A stretch of DNA of 64,000 nucleotides from Octopus sinensis (taxonomy: Eukaryota): NCBI RefSeq assembly GCF_006345805.1, contig NC_043005.1:5022001-5086000 (forward strand). Direction: 5' to 3'. The position numbers and the translations under genes are program-made. Shown here piece by piece: positions 1 through 10,872 of the stretch (its first letter is position 1; each line of letters opens with the position of its first letter). The notes beneath the pieces were generated by a model. The model was not told the DNA's origin. It was given only the letters and a program-made list of their open reading frames with translations, and did no database searches.

Positions 1-241
1 GGTTGGATTAACCGTCTAAGGGATAAAAGTATCCATTATATAACCAGTATAATTACCTATGTTTAACCCTAGGTATACATATGCAAGCATATTATGTTCA
101 TAGATTAGAGGTAATGACAAAGGTAACATGAGTTTATCAGGATTCAAATTTAGAGTAAAGAGAACATGGAGAAATACTGATCAACAACAATTGACTTACA
201 TCAATTCTTCTTTATTAATTCAATACAAATAGACTGCATCC

Positions 242-358
242 CATCTAACAGCCGTTTCTGCTTCCAATGTTATATGGTATTGCCATTGATATTTTAAAAA
301 TAATATTCATTATATTTGGTAATAAATCCGATATGGAACATGGAGCTTCATCAGAGTG
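242..358 (-). ncRNA. Type I hammerhead ribozyme fold (Penelope-associated type), partly decayed
   Basis: Minus strand: CACU-CUGAUGA-[stem II GCUCCAUGUU/AACAUUGGAAGC, ~65-nt loop]-GAAA-CGGCUG-UU-AGAUG. Stem I is bulged and the cleavage triplet is GUU. Confidence 0.55.
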
Positions 359-464
359 AAGAACAATACATACAAAAGAGAAAAGAAAAGAAAAGAAAAG
401 AAGAGCCTCAAGAGGAAATGGAAAGGCTTAATATGTTTAAATCATACCATTTAAGCAAAATGGT

Positions 465-967
465 ATCATCATCATCATCATCATCATCATCGTTTAACGT
501 CCATTCTCCATGCTAGCATGGGTTAGACGGTTCGACCGGGGATCTGGGAAGCCAGAAGGCTGCACCAGGCCCAGTCTGATCTGGCAATGTTTCTACAGCT
601 GGATGCCCTTCCTAATGCCAACCACTCTGTGAGTGTAGTGGGTGCTTTTTACGTGCCACATGCACAGGTGCTAAGCGAGGCTGGCAACGGCCATGATCGG
701 ATTGGTGCATTTTACGTGCCACCAGCACAGGGCCAGTCAAGGTGGCGCTGGCATCGGCCACGTTCAGATGGTGCTTGTTACGTGCCTCCGGCACAGGGAT
801 CGCAACTGCAGTTTCCATTAATTTTGATGTTGGTGTACTTGACTCAATGGATCTCCTCAAGCACAGGGTCAAAATGCTGTTTCTTCACTTGCCACCTGCA
901 CAGGAGTCAGTCCAGCGGTCCTGGCAACTGCCGGGTGCCAGTCATAGGATTGGCTCAATTTCAATTC

Positions 968-968
<1 letters not shown>
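465..968 (-). mobile_element. RTE LINE 3' UTR fragment with internal ~55-60 bp repeats and (GAT)n tail
   Basis: Same tail (GGCATTAGGAAGGGCATCCAGCTGTAG...CATGCTAGCATGG...ACGTTAAACGATGATGAT) that directly follows RTE RT C-terminal coding sequence at 40971-41799. Confidence 0.85.
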
Positions 969-1036
<68 letters not shown>

Positions 1037-1038
1037 TA

Positions 1039-1889
1039 CAGGGTGTGGTGAATAAACTGCCATCTAAATTATGCAAAAATGAAAATAACACTGACATCTC
1101 ATTTTAACAGATATATTTGCGAAAATTACATAAAAATATCTTGAAATACTAAAGAGTAAATTTATTCAATAAAATCGCCATTGGCTTCAACCACAGCTTC
1201 CATACAACTTCAGAATCTGATGCAACTCTTCTGGATGGTCTCCTTGTTTAAGTTGAGGCCATAATCTTTGCCTTCAGTTCATCTTTGGGATTACAAGGAG
1301 TTTTGTTGGTCTCTTGCTTAACTGTGCCCCACACATAATAATGAAGGGGGTTGCAGTCTCGGGAGTTAGGTGGCCAGATGTTAGGGGTGGTGTGGTCGCA
1401 GAAATTGTCTGACGGCTATGACTGGGTTCTCCTGCTTGTGTGGCATGGTGTAGAGCCCTGTTGCCAGACATAGGGTTTTCCAACAGCCACCTTCTTGGCC
1501 CAGGGCAGTACTACCTCCTCCAGGCATTTTATGTAGGCCTCTGTGTTGTGTCTAAGGCCATGTGGGAAGATAAATGGAGGCATAATGTCTCCATCACTAG
1601 TGATTACTTCAAACACCATGCTGTTGATTAGATGTTTGATTTATATCACTCTCGGTACATGTCCTCACATTGGCACCCAGTTTTTGTATTGGAGCTTCTG
1701 ACATGAATGCCAAGCAGAACAGTATGTCATTCCAAATTTCTGGCAGAGTAAATTGTGTCATAGTGTTGTTTTTCTCACACATGGTGCCCAACTGACCCTA
1801 CTATACTATGTAGTCAACAACATCAACACTCAATGCGCATGCATGAAATATGAAATATAAAATGGCGACTATTTACCCATCACACTCTG
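1039..1889 (-). mobile_element. Tc1/mariner DD37D (maT-like) transposon, internally deleted and decayed
   Basis: Translation ...YVWQQ(G)STPCHTS...IWPPNSRDCNPL(H)YYVWG has 37 residues between the 2nd and 3rd catalytic positions. Degenerate TIRs CAGGGTGTG/CAGAGTGTG; TA at the left end. Confidence 0.8.
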
Positions 1890-1924
1890 CGTGTGTGTGT
1901 GTGTGTGTGTGTGTGTGAGTATGT

Positions 1925-2075
1925 ACATACAGACTTCTTTCAGTTCCTGTCTACTAAATCCATCCATGTCAGTCAATAAAGGACTATAGTAGAAGACACT
2001 CGTTCATGGTGCCATACAGTGGGACTGAACATGAAGCCATATGTTTGGGAAACAAACTTCTTAACCACATGACCA
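1925..2075 (-). mobile_element. tRNA-derived SINE (family 'C', 5' half)
   Basis: Reverse complement has the head ...AAGAAGTTTGTTTCCCAAACATATGG...GTTCAGTCCCACTG and the body GGATTTAGTAGACAGGAACTGAAAGAAG, matching other copies in the window. Confidence 0.7.
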
Positions 2076-2255
2076 AACTAACAAATAATATATTCAAAAA
2101 AACAAAAATAAAAAATAACATATGCAGTATATGTTACCAAGAATTACAGAGCAGTTTGCTAAATAAACCTTCTTAGGCCAGTAAATTAGATTACAAGGAT
2201 AAATATTCTTTTCAAGCCAAATAAGTACATAGCATAGATTTCCACTTATACATAC

Positions 2256-2312
2256 TCAAAGCATATTGCAGCAGTTTGTAAAGTACATTGCTGGGTACCT
2301 TGGGTACTCTAA
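2256..2312 (-). CDS. Candidate 57-nt internal coding exon (phase 1-1), xRVPKVPSNVLYKLLQYALx, of an unidentified gene
   Basis: Acceptor attttactgccag|, donor |gtatgt, open frame, length divisible by 3, unique non-repeat sequence. No homology recognised. Confidence 0.5.
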   Translation of the reverse strand, partial: LEYPRYPAMYFTNCCNML

Positions 2313-2399
2313 CTGGCAGTAAAATATGCTGTTGTCAACTAGATTATCTAACTGTCGTACATAATTTACACATCTCTGTTATTTCATCCAACAGGAGAA

Positions 2400-2800
2400 T
2401 TTATTATTATTATTATTATTATTTATTGTCTTTGCACAGCTTCTAAGGGTAACACCCCTTATTTTTCGAATGCCATCTGGAGTATTCGAGCGGTTCCAAG
2501 CAGTGCTGTTTTCTGCAAGTGCTCCACCCTTATTGCAGCTCCTATTTGTTCTATGTAATTTTCAAGATTTTTACTCACTGTTCCCAGGGCTCTGACAATT
2601 ATTGGTACTACTACTACCTTTTTCATTGACCACAACTGCTTAACTTCCCAAGCTAACCTGTCGTATCTATCAACTTTCCTTTCTTCCTTATCGCATACCT
2701 TGTTGTCAGCTGGGAATGCTATGTCTATGATCTAGCATCATTTAATTTCTTTCTTAATTAAGACTATGTCTGGCTTCCTATTCTCCATCTCATGGTCACA
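2400..2800 (-). mobile_element. R4/Dong-like non-LTR retrotransposon 3' end (restriction-like endonuclease)
   Basis: Translation CDHEMENRKPDIVLI...IIDIAFPADNKV...KVDRYDRLAWEVKQLW...VVVPIIVRALG...LQKTALLGTARIL, followed by an (AAT)n tail. Confidence 0.8.
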
Positions 2801-2904
2801 CTAAATCATAAAATTTTCGATGATGCCCTGGGTTTATGTTCATACCACTTTTTTGCTCTGTCAACTCCATACTATTATTATAATTACTATTCTTATTTTT
2901 AAAA

Positions 2905-3182
2905 TTGTGAATGGATTTGGTGGACAGAAACTGAAAGAAACCCATTGTATATGTTAGTGTGTGTGTGTGTGTGTGCCTTTGTGCTTGTGTTTGTCCCCCA
3001 CCTTTGCTTGACAGCCAGTGTTGGTGTGTTTGTGTTCCCATAACTAAGGGGTTTGGGAAAAAGACCGATAGAATGAACACAAGGCTTAAAAAAAGGACTG
3101 CAGTTGATTTGTTCAACTAAGAATTCTTCAAGGTGGTGCCCCAGCATGGGCTGCAGTCTAATGACTGAAACAAGTAAAAGAT
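2905..3182 (+). mobile_element. SINE family 'C' 3' half with CR1-type tail
   Basis: ...GGTGGTGCCCCAGCATGGGCTGCAGTCTAATGACTGAAACAAGTAAAAG. An oppositely oriented 5' half lies at ~3470-3625. Confidence 0.75.
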
Positions 3183-3224
3183 ACGCACACACATGCATGC
3201 ACATATATATACACACACACATGC

Positions 3225-3261
<37 letters not shown>

Positions 3262-3424
3262 TATATACACACACATATATACACACACACATGCATACGC
3301 ATATATACAGACACACACATGCATGCATACACATATATATTACACACATGCATATATATGCACACACACATGCATATATATACGCACACACATATATACA
3401 CACACATGCATGCATACACATACA

Positions 3425-3471
<47 letters not shown>

Positions 3472-3929
3472 GATGGGCTTCCGCACAGTTTCAGCTTATC
3501 AAATCCACTCACAAGGCATTGGTCAGCCCAAGGCTATTGTAGAAGACACTTGCCAAAGGTGCCACGCAGTGGGACTGAACCTGAGGCCACATGGCTGCTA
3601 AGGAAGTCTGTTAACCACACAGCCGTTTAAAAAAATTTCCCAGAATCTCCAAAATAACACATCCACCACTCCATATTGGGGTGGGGGAGGATGCGGGTGA
3701 GCAGAGAGATTTAAGAGATTTGAAAAGGAGCAAAAGACCTTTACAAAAACAATACAAAAACAAAAAAAAAACAAGTCAACTGACAAATAAGACTCAACCC
3801 CCCTAAAGCATTTGAATAAAACAACAATACTCATAATATGGATGTTGTTGTTGTTGTTGGTTTTATTGTTAAAGGATGGAAATGTTTTTGTGAATAGGAA
3901 GATGTGAAACACCAGAGTCACAGAAACTA

Positions 3930-4610
3930 TAACAAACATAACCACCACCACTGCCACCACCACCACCACCACCACCACAAACAACAAAAACAGCACCATC
4001 ACTATCATCATCACCATCTCCATCATGATTACTGTTATAATGAACAGCACTAGCACCATGACCACCATAACCGCTACCACCTCACCACCACCACCACCAC
4101 CACCACCATCATCACAATTACTATCAATCAACAGTGCCACCATCATCATCATCATTATCATATGGTCTCCACTACCACAGTAACAGATCACGTTAACACT
4201 ACCATCGCCACCGTCACCGCCACCGCTGCCCCCCACCACCACCACCACCTCCGCTACTACAACAATAACTAATATCACACTGTCAACATTATCACTGCCA
4301 CCACCATCGTAAATATCACAGTCATCCCCCTCCCCAATCAACACCACCACCACATGTGAATTGCAAAGGCCAGTTTACCACCATCACCATCACTAACACT
4401 GACATCACCATCACACAAACATTACCAATGTCACCAATACCACCACCACCACCACCACCACCACCACCACCACTGCCACTAACAACAACACCATCAGTCA
4501 AGCCATGAAGACACAACAACCATCAGCATCACCACTGCAAACGAGCCACAACAGCAACATCAACAACGACAATTTCAACTACTATAAGAGTTGCTGCTGC
4601 TGCTGCTACA
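3930..4610. repeat. (CAC/CAT/AAC)n low-complexity tract
   Basis: Impure trinucleotide repeats. Similar tracts at ~13780-13920, 14140-14680 and 38920-39080. Confidence 0.9.
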
Positions 4611-5013
4611 AACATCTCCAATACCCTCATCAGCAACAAGAATAAGGGAAACGTGATGGCAGTGCTGGTGTAGTTGGAGTGGGGTGTGGAATGAAAGGTT
4701 TTGTTTTAGCTGAAGGTTCACTGAGTGCAGAATAGTAACCTTTGATCTTTGCAGAGGTATTATGATACCAGGAGAGATGTAGAAGAGAGTGGTTGGGTGA
4801 GAGGAGGAGTTTAGCGAAACTGTGGGAAAAGACCGATTTCTGAGACACGAAACTTCCAACTGTAATATCTTTACTGAACAGAAAACATGTCAAAAGAAGA
4901 ACTGGTTAGTCGTTGCAGAAACTGGTATTGATTCCTTATTAATAGAAAAATAAAACACATTTTAAATTCTAAGATTTAAGTGTTTCTAAAGTTTCAAGTT
5001 CTTTGTTCTTTAC

Positions 5014-5049
5014 ATGGTTTCCTCTGATGATGTTTATCAAATGGTGTGG
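5014..5049 (-). CDS. Candidate 36-nt micro-exon (phase 1-1), xTPFDKHHQRKPx
   Basis: Acceptor tgtgtttttaacag|, donor |gtaaag. Splices in frame to the 2256-2312 candidate. Confidence 0.5.
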
Positions 5050-5193
5050 CTGTTAAAAACACAACATGGCTTTGGTCAACATGTCATATCTAGGGAGAGC
5101 TATGGATTATATGAAAAAGTTATGTGGAAAAACATCCAGACCAAATCATTTACATAAGATACTAAATAATTTCAGCACCTTTCAAAGTGAGTA

Positions 5194-5487
5194 GTGCTTC
5201 TTTCCTATCCCACTTACACCAAATACCTAATCCCCTACTGCTCCCATTCCCACTGTGATTCAATTTACATTGGGCACAAGGGCCATCAGCTGTCTGACAG
5301 GTTTGTAGGACACTTTAGAGACATCGATCTTGACAAAGTGTTGCTTGTAACTCAACATTTCTATTCCCCCAACTACTCTCCCAACACCTTCTACCTTTCA
5401 TTTCCAGAAGGAAGAAGTGCTGATTTTCTTTCTACAGACATTTACCCATTCTGGTTTAAATTCCTGCTTCTAAATTACTTAACCTGA
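5194..5487 (+). pseudogene. Decayed Penelope-like GIY-YIG endonuclease fragment
   Basis: YLIPYCSHSHCDSIYIGHKGHQLSDRFVGHFRDI...VTQHFYSP resembles the PLE IY-C..C..YIG.T...L..RF.EH...VA.HF pattern. Confidence 0.6.
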
Positions 5488-6059
5488 AATTGCATACCAG
5501 TGCACTTACTGTCCCCTCCAACAGTAAATATTTATATCCCTCTCCTCTCCTTTTCTTCTCTTCACCCCTACTACACCTTACCATACACCCTTCATATATA
5601 CATGCTCACAGCTTCAATACATACTTTTGCACACACACACACACAAACCCATGTCAAGTAATTTATGTACCCACACACATCCTTACACATCTAAACGCAC
5701 TAACAAAATCGGTCCTAAATGCTGCCAGCAGATATATGCACACACTCTGACATATGTACCTACACACCTGCCCAGTCACCTTTCTCGTTTAACCTCATCG
5801 GACAGCATCCTCAATCATGGCTGTAAGCTCCTCATCTTTTCCTTGCATCATTTTCTGCAAATATCAGTATCATAATTTGTTTTCCTACACTCACCTTTCC
5901 CTCTCATCCTATTTTATCTTTTATCTCTTATCTTTCTGCAGACGGACTGATGTCCAAAACGTCACAGTCACTAAATTCTTTCAACTAATACATTATCATT
6001 GTACTTTAGTCTTCTTCTGATACTGTTTCTGTATTTTCTACTGCTTTTTATTTTGCACA

Positions 6060-6099
<40 letters not shown>

Positions 6100-6104
6100 T
6101 GTGC

Positions 6105-6660
6105 ATGCATAATGATTAGTGACCGAGACCTTTCACAATATGCCGTGCTTGAGAAGACCCAACACACCAAGTGAAATCATAGTCATGAACAATATTGGTG
6201 TCTTGTAACTGACACCTGTGCAGGTGGTATGTAAAAAGTACCTTTCGAGCAATGGGCCTCACGGAGGTTATGTGGCTGATGCTGGTCTCACATAACTAGC
6301 ACCTGAGCCAGTAGCACGTTAAAGCACCTTTGAAGCGTTGGGCCTTATAGACGCAGTGACAAATGACCAAGACCTTTGGTAACATGCTGTGTTTGAGAAG
6401 ATTTATTAAGCCAAGTGAAAATGTAGTCTTGGCAGATACTGGTGTCACGCATCTGGCACCTGTGCTGGTGACATGTAAAAGCACCCATTACTCTTGGAGT
6501 GGTTGGCATTAGGAAGGGCATCCAGCTGTAGAAACCATGCCAAATAAGACTGGAGTCTGGTGCAGCCCCTCAGCTTTCCAGCCCTGGCCATCCAACCCAT
6601 CGCAGAATAGACAGTGGATGTTAAATAATGATGATGATGGCAATGATGACAGCAATGACG
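6105..6660 (+). mobile_element. RTE LINE 3' end (family with duplicated ORF2-terminal segment)
   Basis: GACCGAGACCTTT...GTGCTTGAGAAGACC repeated, then the shared RTE tail and (GAT)n. Confidence 0.8.
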
Positions 6661-6674
6661 TTGTGTGTGTGTGT

Positions 6675-7780
6675 CCATTCTTCAACTAAAACAGTTTCTA
6701 ATTCTTGTAGTGATGATGGTGCAGGATATTGACTCCTTACTTGTTTTTCTAAAATGCACCATAAATGTTTGATAATATTGAGATCTGGGGACTGTGGTGG
6801 CCAGATAAGATGTTCAACTTCACTAGAATGTTCCCCGTGCCATTCAATAACAACCTTAGCTGTGTGAATTGATGCATTATGATCCTGAAAGATTGTGTTT
6901 CCCTCCGGAAACAGTTCCGCAACCATAGGATTAATTTGATCTGATAAAATGCTTAAATAGTCTTAACTAATAATTATTCCACAAAGGGAGACCATTGGGC
7001 CAGCAGATTTCCAAGATATAGCCCCTCCAGATCATCACAGATCCTCCTCCATGTTTAACAGTTGGAAGAAGGCAATTTAGGTCAAATGCTTCTTTTGGCT
7101 GTCTCCACACATATACTAGGCCAGTGGTTGGAAATAAAGTAAAGGATGACTCGTCCAAGAAAATAACATTCTTCCACTGCTCCAGGGACCAATTCTGTCG
7201 GTTTTTATTCCCATCTAAATGCTTTGCAACGTTTGTTTTTGAAAGTAGTGGTCTTCTGATTGCAGCCCTCCCACGAAATCGGACCTTGTGCAGCTCCCAG
7301 CGAAAACTTTTTGTGGAAACTGGCTTCTAGATGTGGTCATTAAGCTCTGCAGTAATTTTGGGAGCTGTACTTTTGTGATCCTTTCTAACAACTTGTGCAA
7401 GAGTCCAATGGTCTCTATCTGAAAGTTTTGGTTTTCTTCTGGAGTTTTGTTTCAAAGAGGAGGTTTTTCTCTCTTTCTCAAAGGCTGTCATTACTTTTGA
7501 GACAGTACTTCTTGATACACCCAACATTTCAGCTATTTTCGTTATGCTAGCACCTGCCATACGAGCACCAACAATTTGACCTCTTTGAAAGTTCGATAGA
7601 TCTGTCATTTTAATTAATTTTAATTACCTTTTTCTGATGATATGTGAAAAGCAAAACATATTAAGCAACACTAATAATAAATCAAAAAACAAAAATAAAG
7701 AAGCTTTTGATGTTTTTATATATATTTCAAAATTATGATGCTATGATGCTAAGTGTTTCCATTATTCTGTCCAACCCCTG
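6675..7780 (-). mobile_element. Tc1-like transposon with frameshifted transposase, 3' end lost
   Basis: MTDLSNFQRGQIVGARMAGASITK (paired-like HTH), DESSF, VKHGGGSVMIW, IFQDHNASIH and WPPQSPDLNIIKHLW motifs. TIR CAGGGGTTGGACAGAATAATGGAAACAC ends at 7780, followed by TA. Confidence 0.92.
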
Positions 7781-7809
7781 TATACATACATACATACATA
7801 CATACATAC

Positions 7810-7873
<64 letters not shown>

Positions 7874-7904
7874 TTATATATATGTATATATTTGAAAGAA
7901 ATGG

Positions 7905-8596
7905 AGCCAGTATGTTTCATTGGATGTGCAATGTCAGTGTGAATGTTTGACAGAGTGTAAGCATCTTAAGAGAGAAGTTGGGCATAAGAGGCATCAGATG
8001 TGGTGTGCAAGAGAGACAACTGCTCTGTATGGTCATCCAATGCATATGGAGCTGGACTGTTGTGTAAAGAAGTGCTGATCTCTAACTGTGGAGGAAACCT
8101 GTGATAGAAGTAGACCCAAGAAGACATTGGATGAGGTGGTGAAGCATGATCTTCAAACTTTGGGCCTTACAGAGGCAATGACTAGTGACCGAGACCTTTG
8201 GCTGTATGCCATGCTTGAGAAGATCCATCAAGCCGAGTGAAATAGTAGTCATGGCTGATGTTGGCGCCACGTAACTGGCACCCATGGTGGAGGCACGTAA
8301 AAAGCTCCTTTCAAGTGTTGAGCCTCATGGAGGCAATGATCGAGAACTTTGCTTAAGAAGAAGACCCATCAAGCCAAATAAAATCGCAGTCTTGGCAGAT
8401 ACCGGTATCACGTAAATGGCACCCATGCTGGTTGCACGTAAATCAACTCACTACACTTTCAGAATGGATGGCATTAGGAAGGGCATCCAGCTGTAGAAAC
8501 CATGACAAATCAGACCGGTGTCTGGTGCAGCCTTCCATCTTGCCACCCCTGGTCAAACTGTCTAACACATGCCAGCATGGACTAAATGATGATGAT
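7905..8596 (+). mobile_element. RTE LINE 3' portion (decayed RT C-terminus plus 3' UTR)
   Basis: Decayed [10 protein letters not shown]...LREKLGIRGIRCGVQER..., homologous to 40971-41300, followed by the RTE tail. Confidence 0.85.
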
Positions 8597-8607
8597 ATAT
8601 ATATATG

Positions 8608-8917
8608 TGGAGGCGCAATGGCCCAGTGGTTAGGGCAGCAGACTCGTGGTCGTAGGATCGCGGTTTTGATTCCCAGACTGGGCGTTGTGAGTGTTTATTG
8701 TGCGAAAACACCTAAAGCTCCACGAGGTTCCGGCAGGGGGTGGTGGTGATTCCTGCTGTACTCTTTCACCACAACTTTCTCTCACTCTTTCTTCTATCGG
8801 CCTTCTCACTTAGCCAGCGGGGTGGCATCATTTGAAGGCTAAAACAATGCAAAGCGCATTGTGACCAGTGATGTGTAGCAACATCTGATGGCCTGGTCAG
8901 TCACGTGATCACGTGAT
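8608..8917 (+). mobile_element. tRNA-derived SINE family 'B', variant with a non-CR1 tail
   Basis: Box A TGGCCCAGTGG and box B-like GGTTTTGATTCCC. The head is shared with 36291-36528 up to CTGTACTCTTTCACCAC, then a different tail ends in (CACGTGAT)2. Confidence 0.8.
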
Positions 8918-9061
8918 ATATATATATATATATATCATACATATTCTCCATATTCTTAGGAGGTTTGGGGTCAACAGGTTTTGGGATCTGACAATATGCT
9001 ATAGAGCTAAACCCTTGATGGATGGGAAACCTAAGGTAATCCCATAAACTGACTTTCCCCA

Positions 9062-9092
<31 letters not shown>

Positions 9093-9145
9093 CACAAATA
9101 TAAGAGAGTGACCACTATATGGTCGACTCTTGCGTTAAAAATAGA

Positions 9146-9436
9146 TCCGCTATGGTATCAGGCACTAAAAATTGTTTCCAAGGAGAATCAGCACAACATT
9201 TAACGTAAACGAGCAGGGCAAATGAAAAATAACAAAAATGTAGATTAATTCTAGACAATTGTTTCGCTATTAATATATTATGCAATTTTACTTAAATATC
9301 CCCTATGGTATCAGCCACTAAAAATTGTTTCCAAGGAGAATCAGCACAACATTTAATGTAAACAAGCAGGGCAAATGAAAAATAACAAAAATGTAGATTA
9401 ATTCTAGACAATTGTTTCACTATTAATATATTATAT
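9146..9436. repeat. Two-copy tandem repeat, period 153 bp
   Basis: CTATGGTATCAG(G/C)CACTAAAAATTGTTTCCAAGGAGAATC... starts at 9150 and 9303, with few substitutions over ~135 bp. Confidence 0.9.
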
Positions 9437-9574
9437 ATATATAGTACAAAGTAAGATAGGGGTTATGAAAGTAACCCACTATGGGATACCAGTTATCCAA
9501 TTGTTTTTATTGGATAGTAAGTGAAGCATGTTTTATATATCAACATTATTATTATACTTTTCTAGTTATTTAAA

Positions 9575-9706
9575 TCCTCTGACGAGGCCTTTGGTTATTT
9601 AAACATACAAATATAATTTTTAATGCCTAGAACTGTATCACACTGGCATCTATAGGCAATATAAGTTGAATTGACTCTTGACCATAGGCTGAAACAGCTG
9701 TAAGGA
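9575..9706 (+). ncRNA. Type I hammerhead ribozyme with ~83-nt stem II loop
   Basis: UCCU(9575-78)-CUGACGA-GGCCUUUGGU...ACCAUAGGCU-GAAA-CAGCUG-UA|AGGA(9703-06). Core intact, stem I 4 bp, palindromic stem III ACAGCUGU. Confidence 0.75.
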
Positions 9707-10184
9707 GCAGTTTATTTGTATTATTTTTATTTTTATTATTATATTACATATCTCTTATTATAAAAGGCAGATTTTATCTGCCTCCCTTTGGGAGTTATAG
9801 AAATCTACAATATAGGATTTCTTCAATTACAATTTACCTAGCATTTTTAACAGTACAATGCATCACGTCATGCCAGGTCCAGTTTTTAAAATTTAAACTC
9901 CAATTAAGCAAAATTTACAGAAAACTCACATTCTGGTGTGTGTGTCAAATGCTTTTCTTAGTCTGGTTTACACCACACCGCAAACGCACACACACAGTGG
10001 GGCAAACGAATAAAATGAAAGTGAATAGCGACAGAGTGATTTGAGGAAGACTAAAGTGAAAGTATTCTGTCTATGACGCTGATAGATACATGAGTAAAAT
10101 GTATGGGAAGCTAAGAGCTACGAGTGAGTGAAAATGTTCTTGGAAGAGAGTAATTAGTAATAAAGTAAACATACACTCATACAT

Positions 10185-10215
<31 letters not shown>

Positions 10216-10489
10216 TACATACACACATACATACATACACACATACATACATACATACACATACATACATACATATACATACATACATACACACACACAC
10301 ATACACACACACAGTATTGAAGCTTGAGAACAATCAGATACATTTGCAACACATCTGTTGAAAATATTATTGTTCACACACATACATATACATATATACA
10401 TACAGACAGACAGACAGATAGACACACATACACACACATGATCCAGCATGGCCACAACCTCAAGGCTGAAACATATAAAAGAATAACAG

Positions 10490-10855
10490 AATATAAATGT
10501 GTGCAAAGTACAAAAAATATTATGCAGTATATGGGGATTGGACAATAAGCGTAAGGCAGTGTCAATGTGTGGTTCCAGAAATCCCGAGCCATAAACTACA
10601 GCCTAGAAGACGAGCCTCATCCTGAAAGATCTGTAGAACTCGACAAGGACATCCTGAAAACCCTGGTGGAACAAAATATCATCGTAACTGTTGAGGAACT
10701 AGCAGAGAAGCTTGGATTTGGTCATTCAACCATTCATTGACACCTGTGTGCTATCGGAAAAGTCAGCAAATTGGGTCAATGGTTTCCTCACGAACTTCCG
10801 AGTCTAATTGCATGCAGAGTGAATGTATGCTTTTCTTTGCTGTCATATCTCACCA
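10490..10855 (+). mobile_element. mariner transposase N-terminal relic
   Basis: LEDEPHPERSVELDKDILKTLVEQN...VEELAEKLGFGHSTIH*HL...GKVSKLGQWFPHEL (WVPHEL-like motif). Confidence 0.8.
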
Positions 10856-10872
10856 CTACTGCGCTATGTATA

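Noticed and set aside
3598-4519. 251-aa hydrophobic/Gly-rich ORF that resembles a membrane protein; likewise 13557-13940
   Set aside because: It derives from (CAC/CAT)n low-complexity repeats, with no splice or domain evidence.
8608-8690. tRNA-like sequences with A and B boxes (also 36440-36528 and other SINE heads)
   Set aside because: They continue into SINE bodies and do not fold as complete cloverleaves, so they are not tRNA genes.
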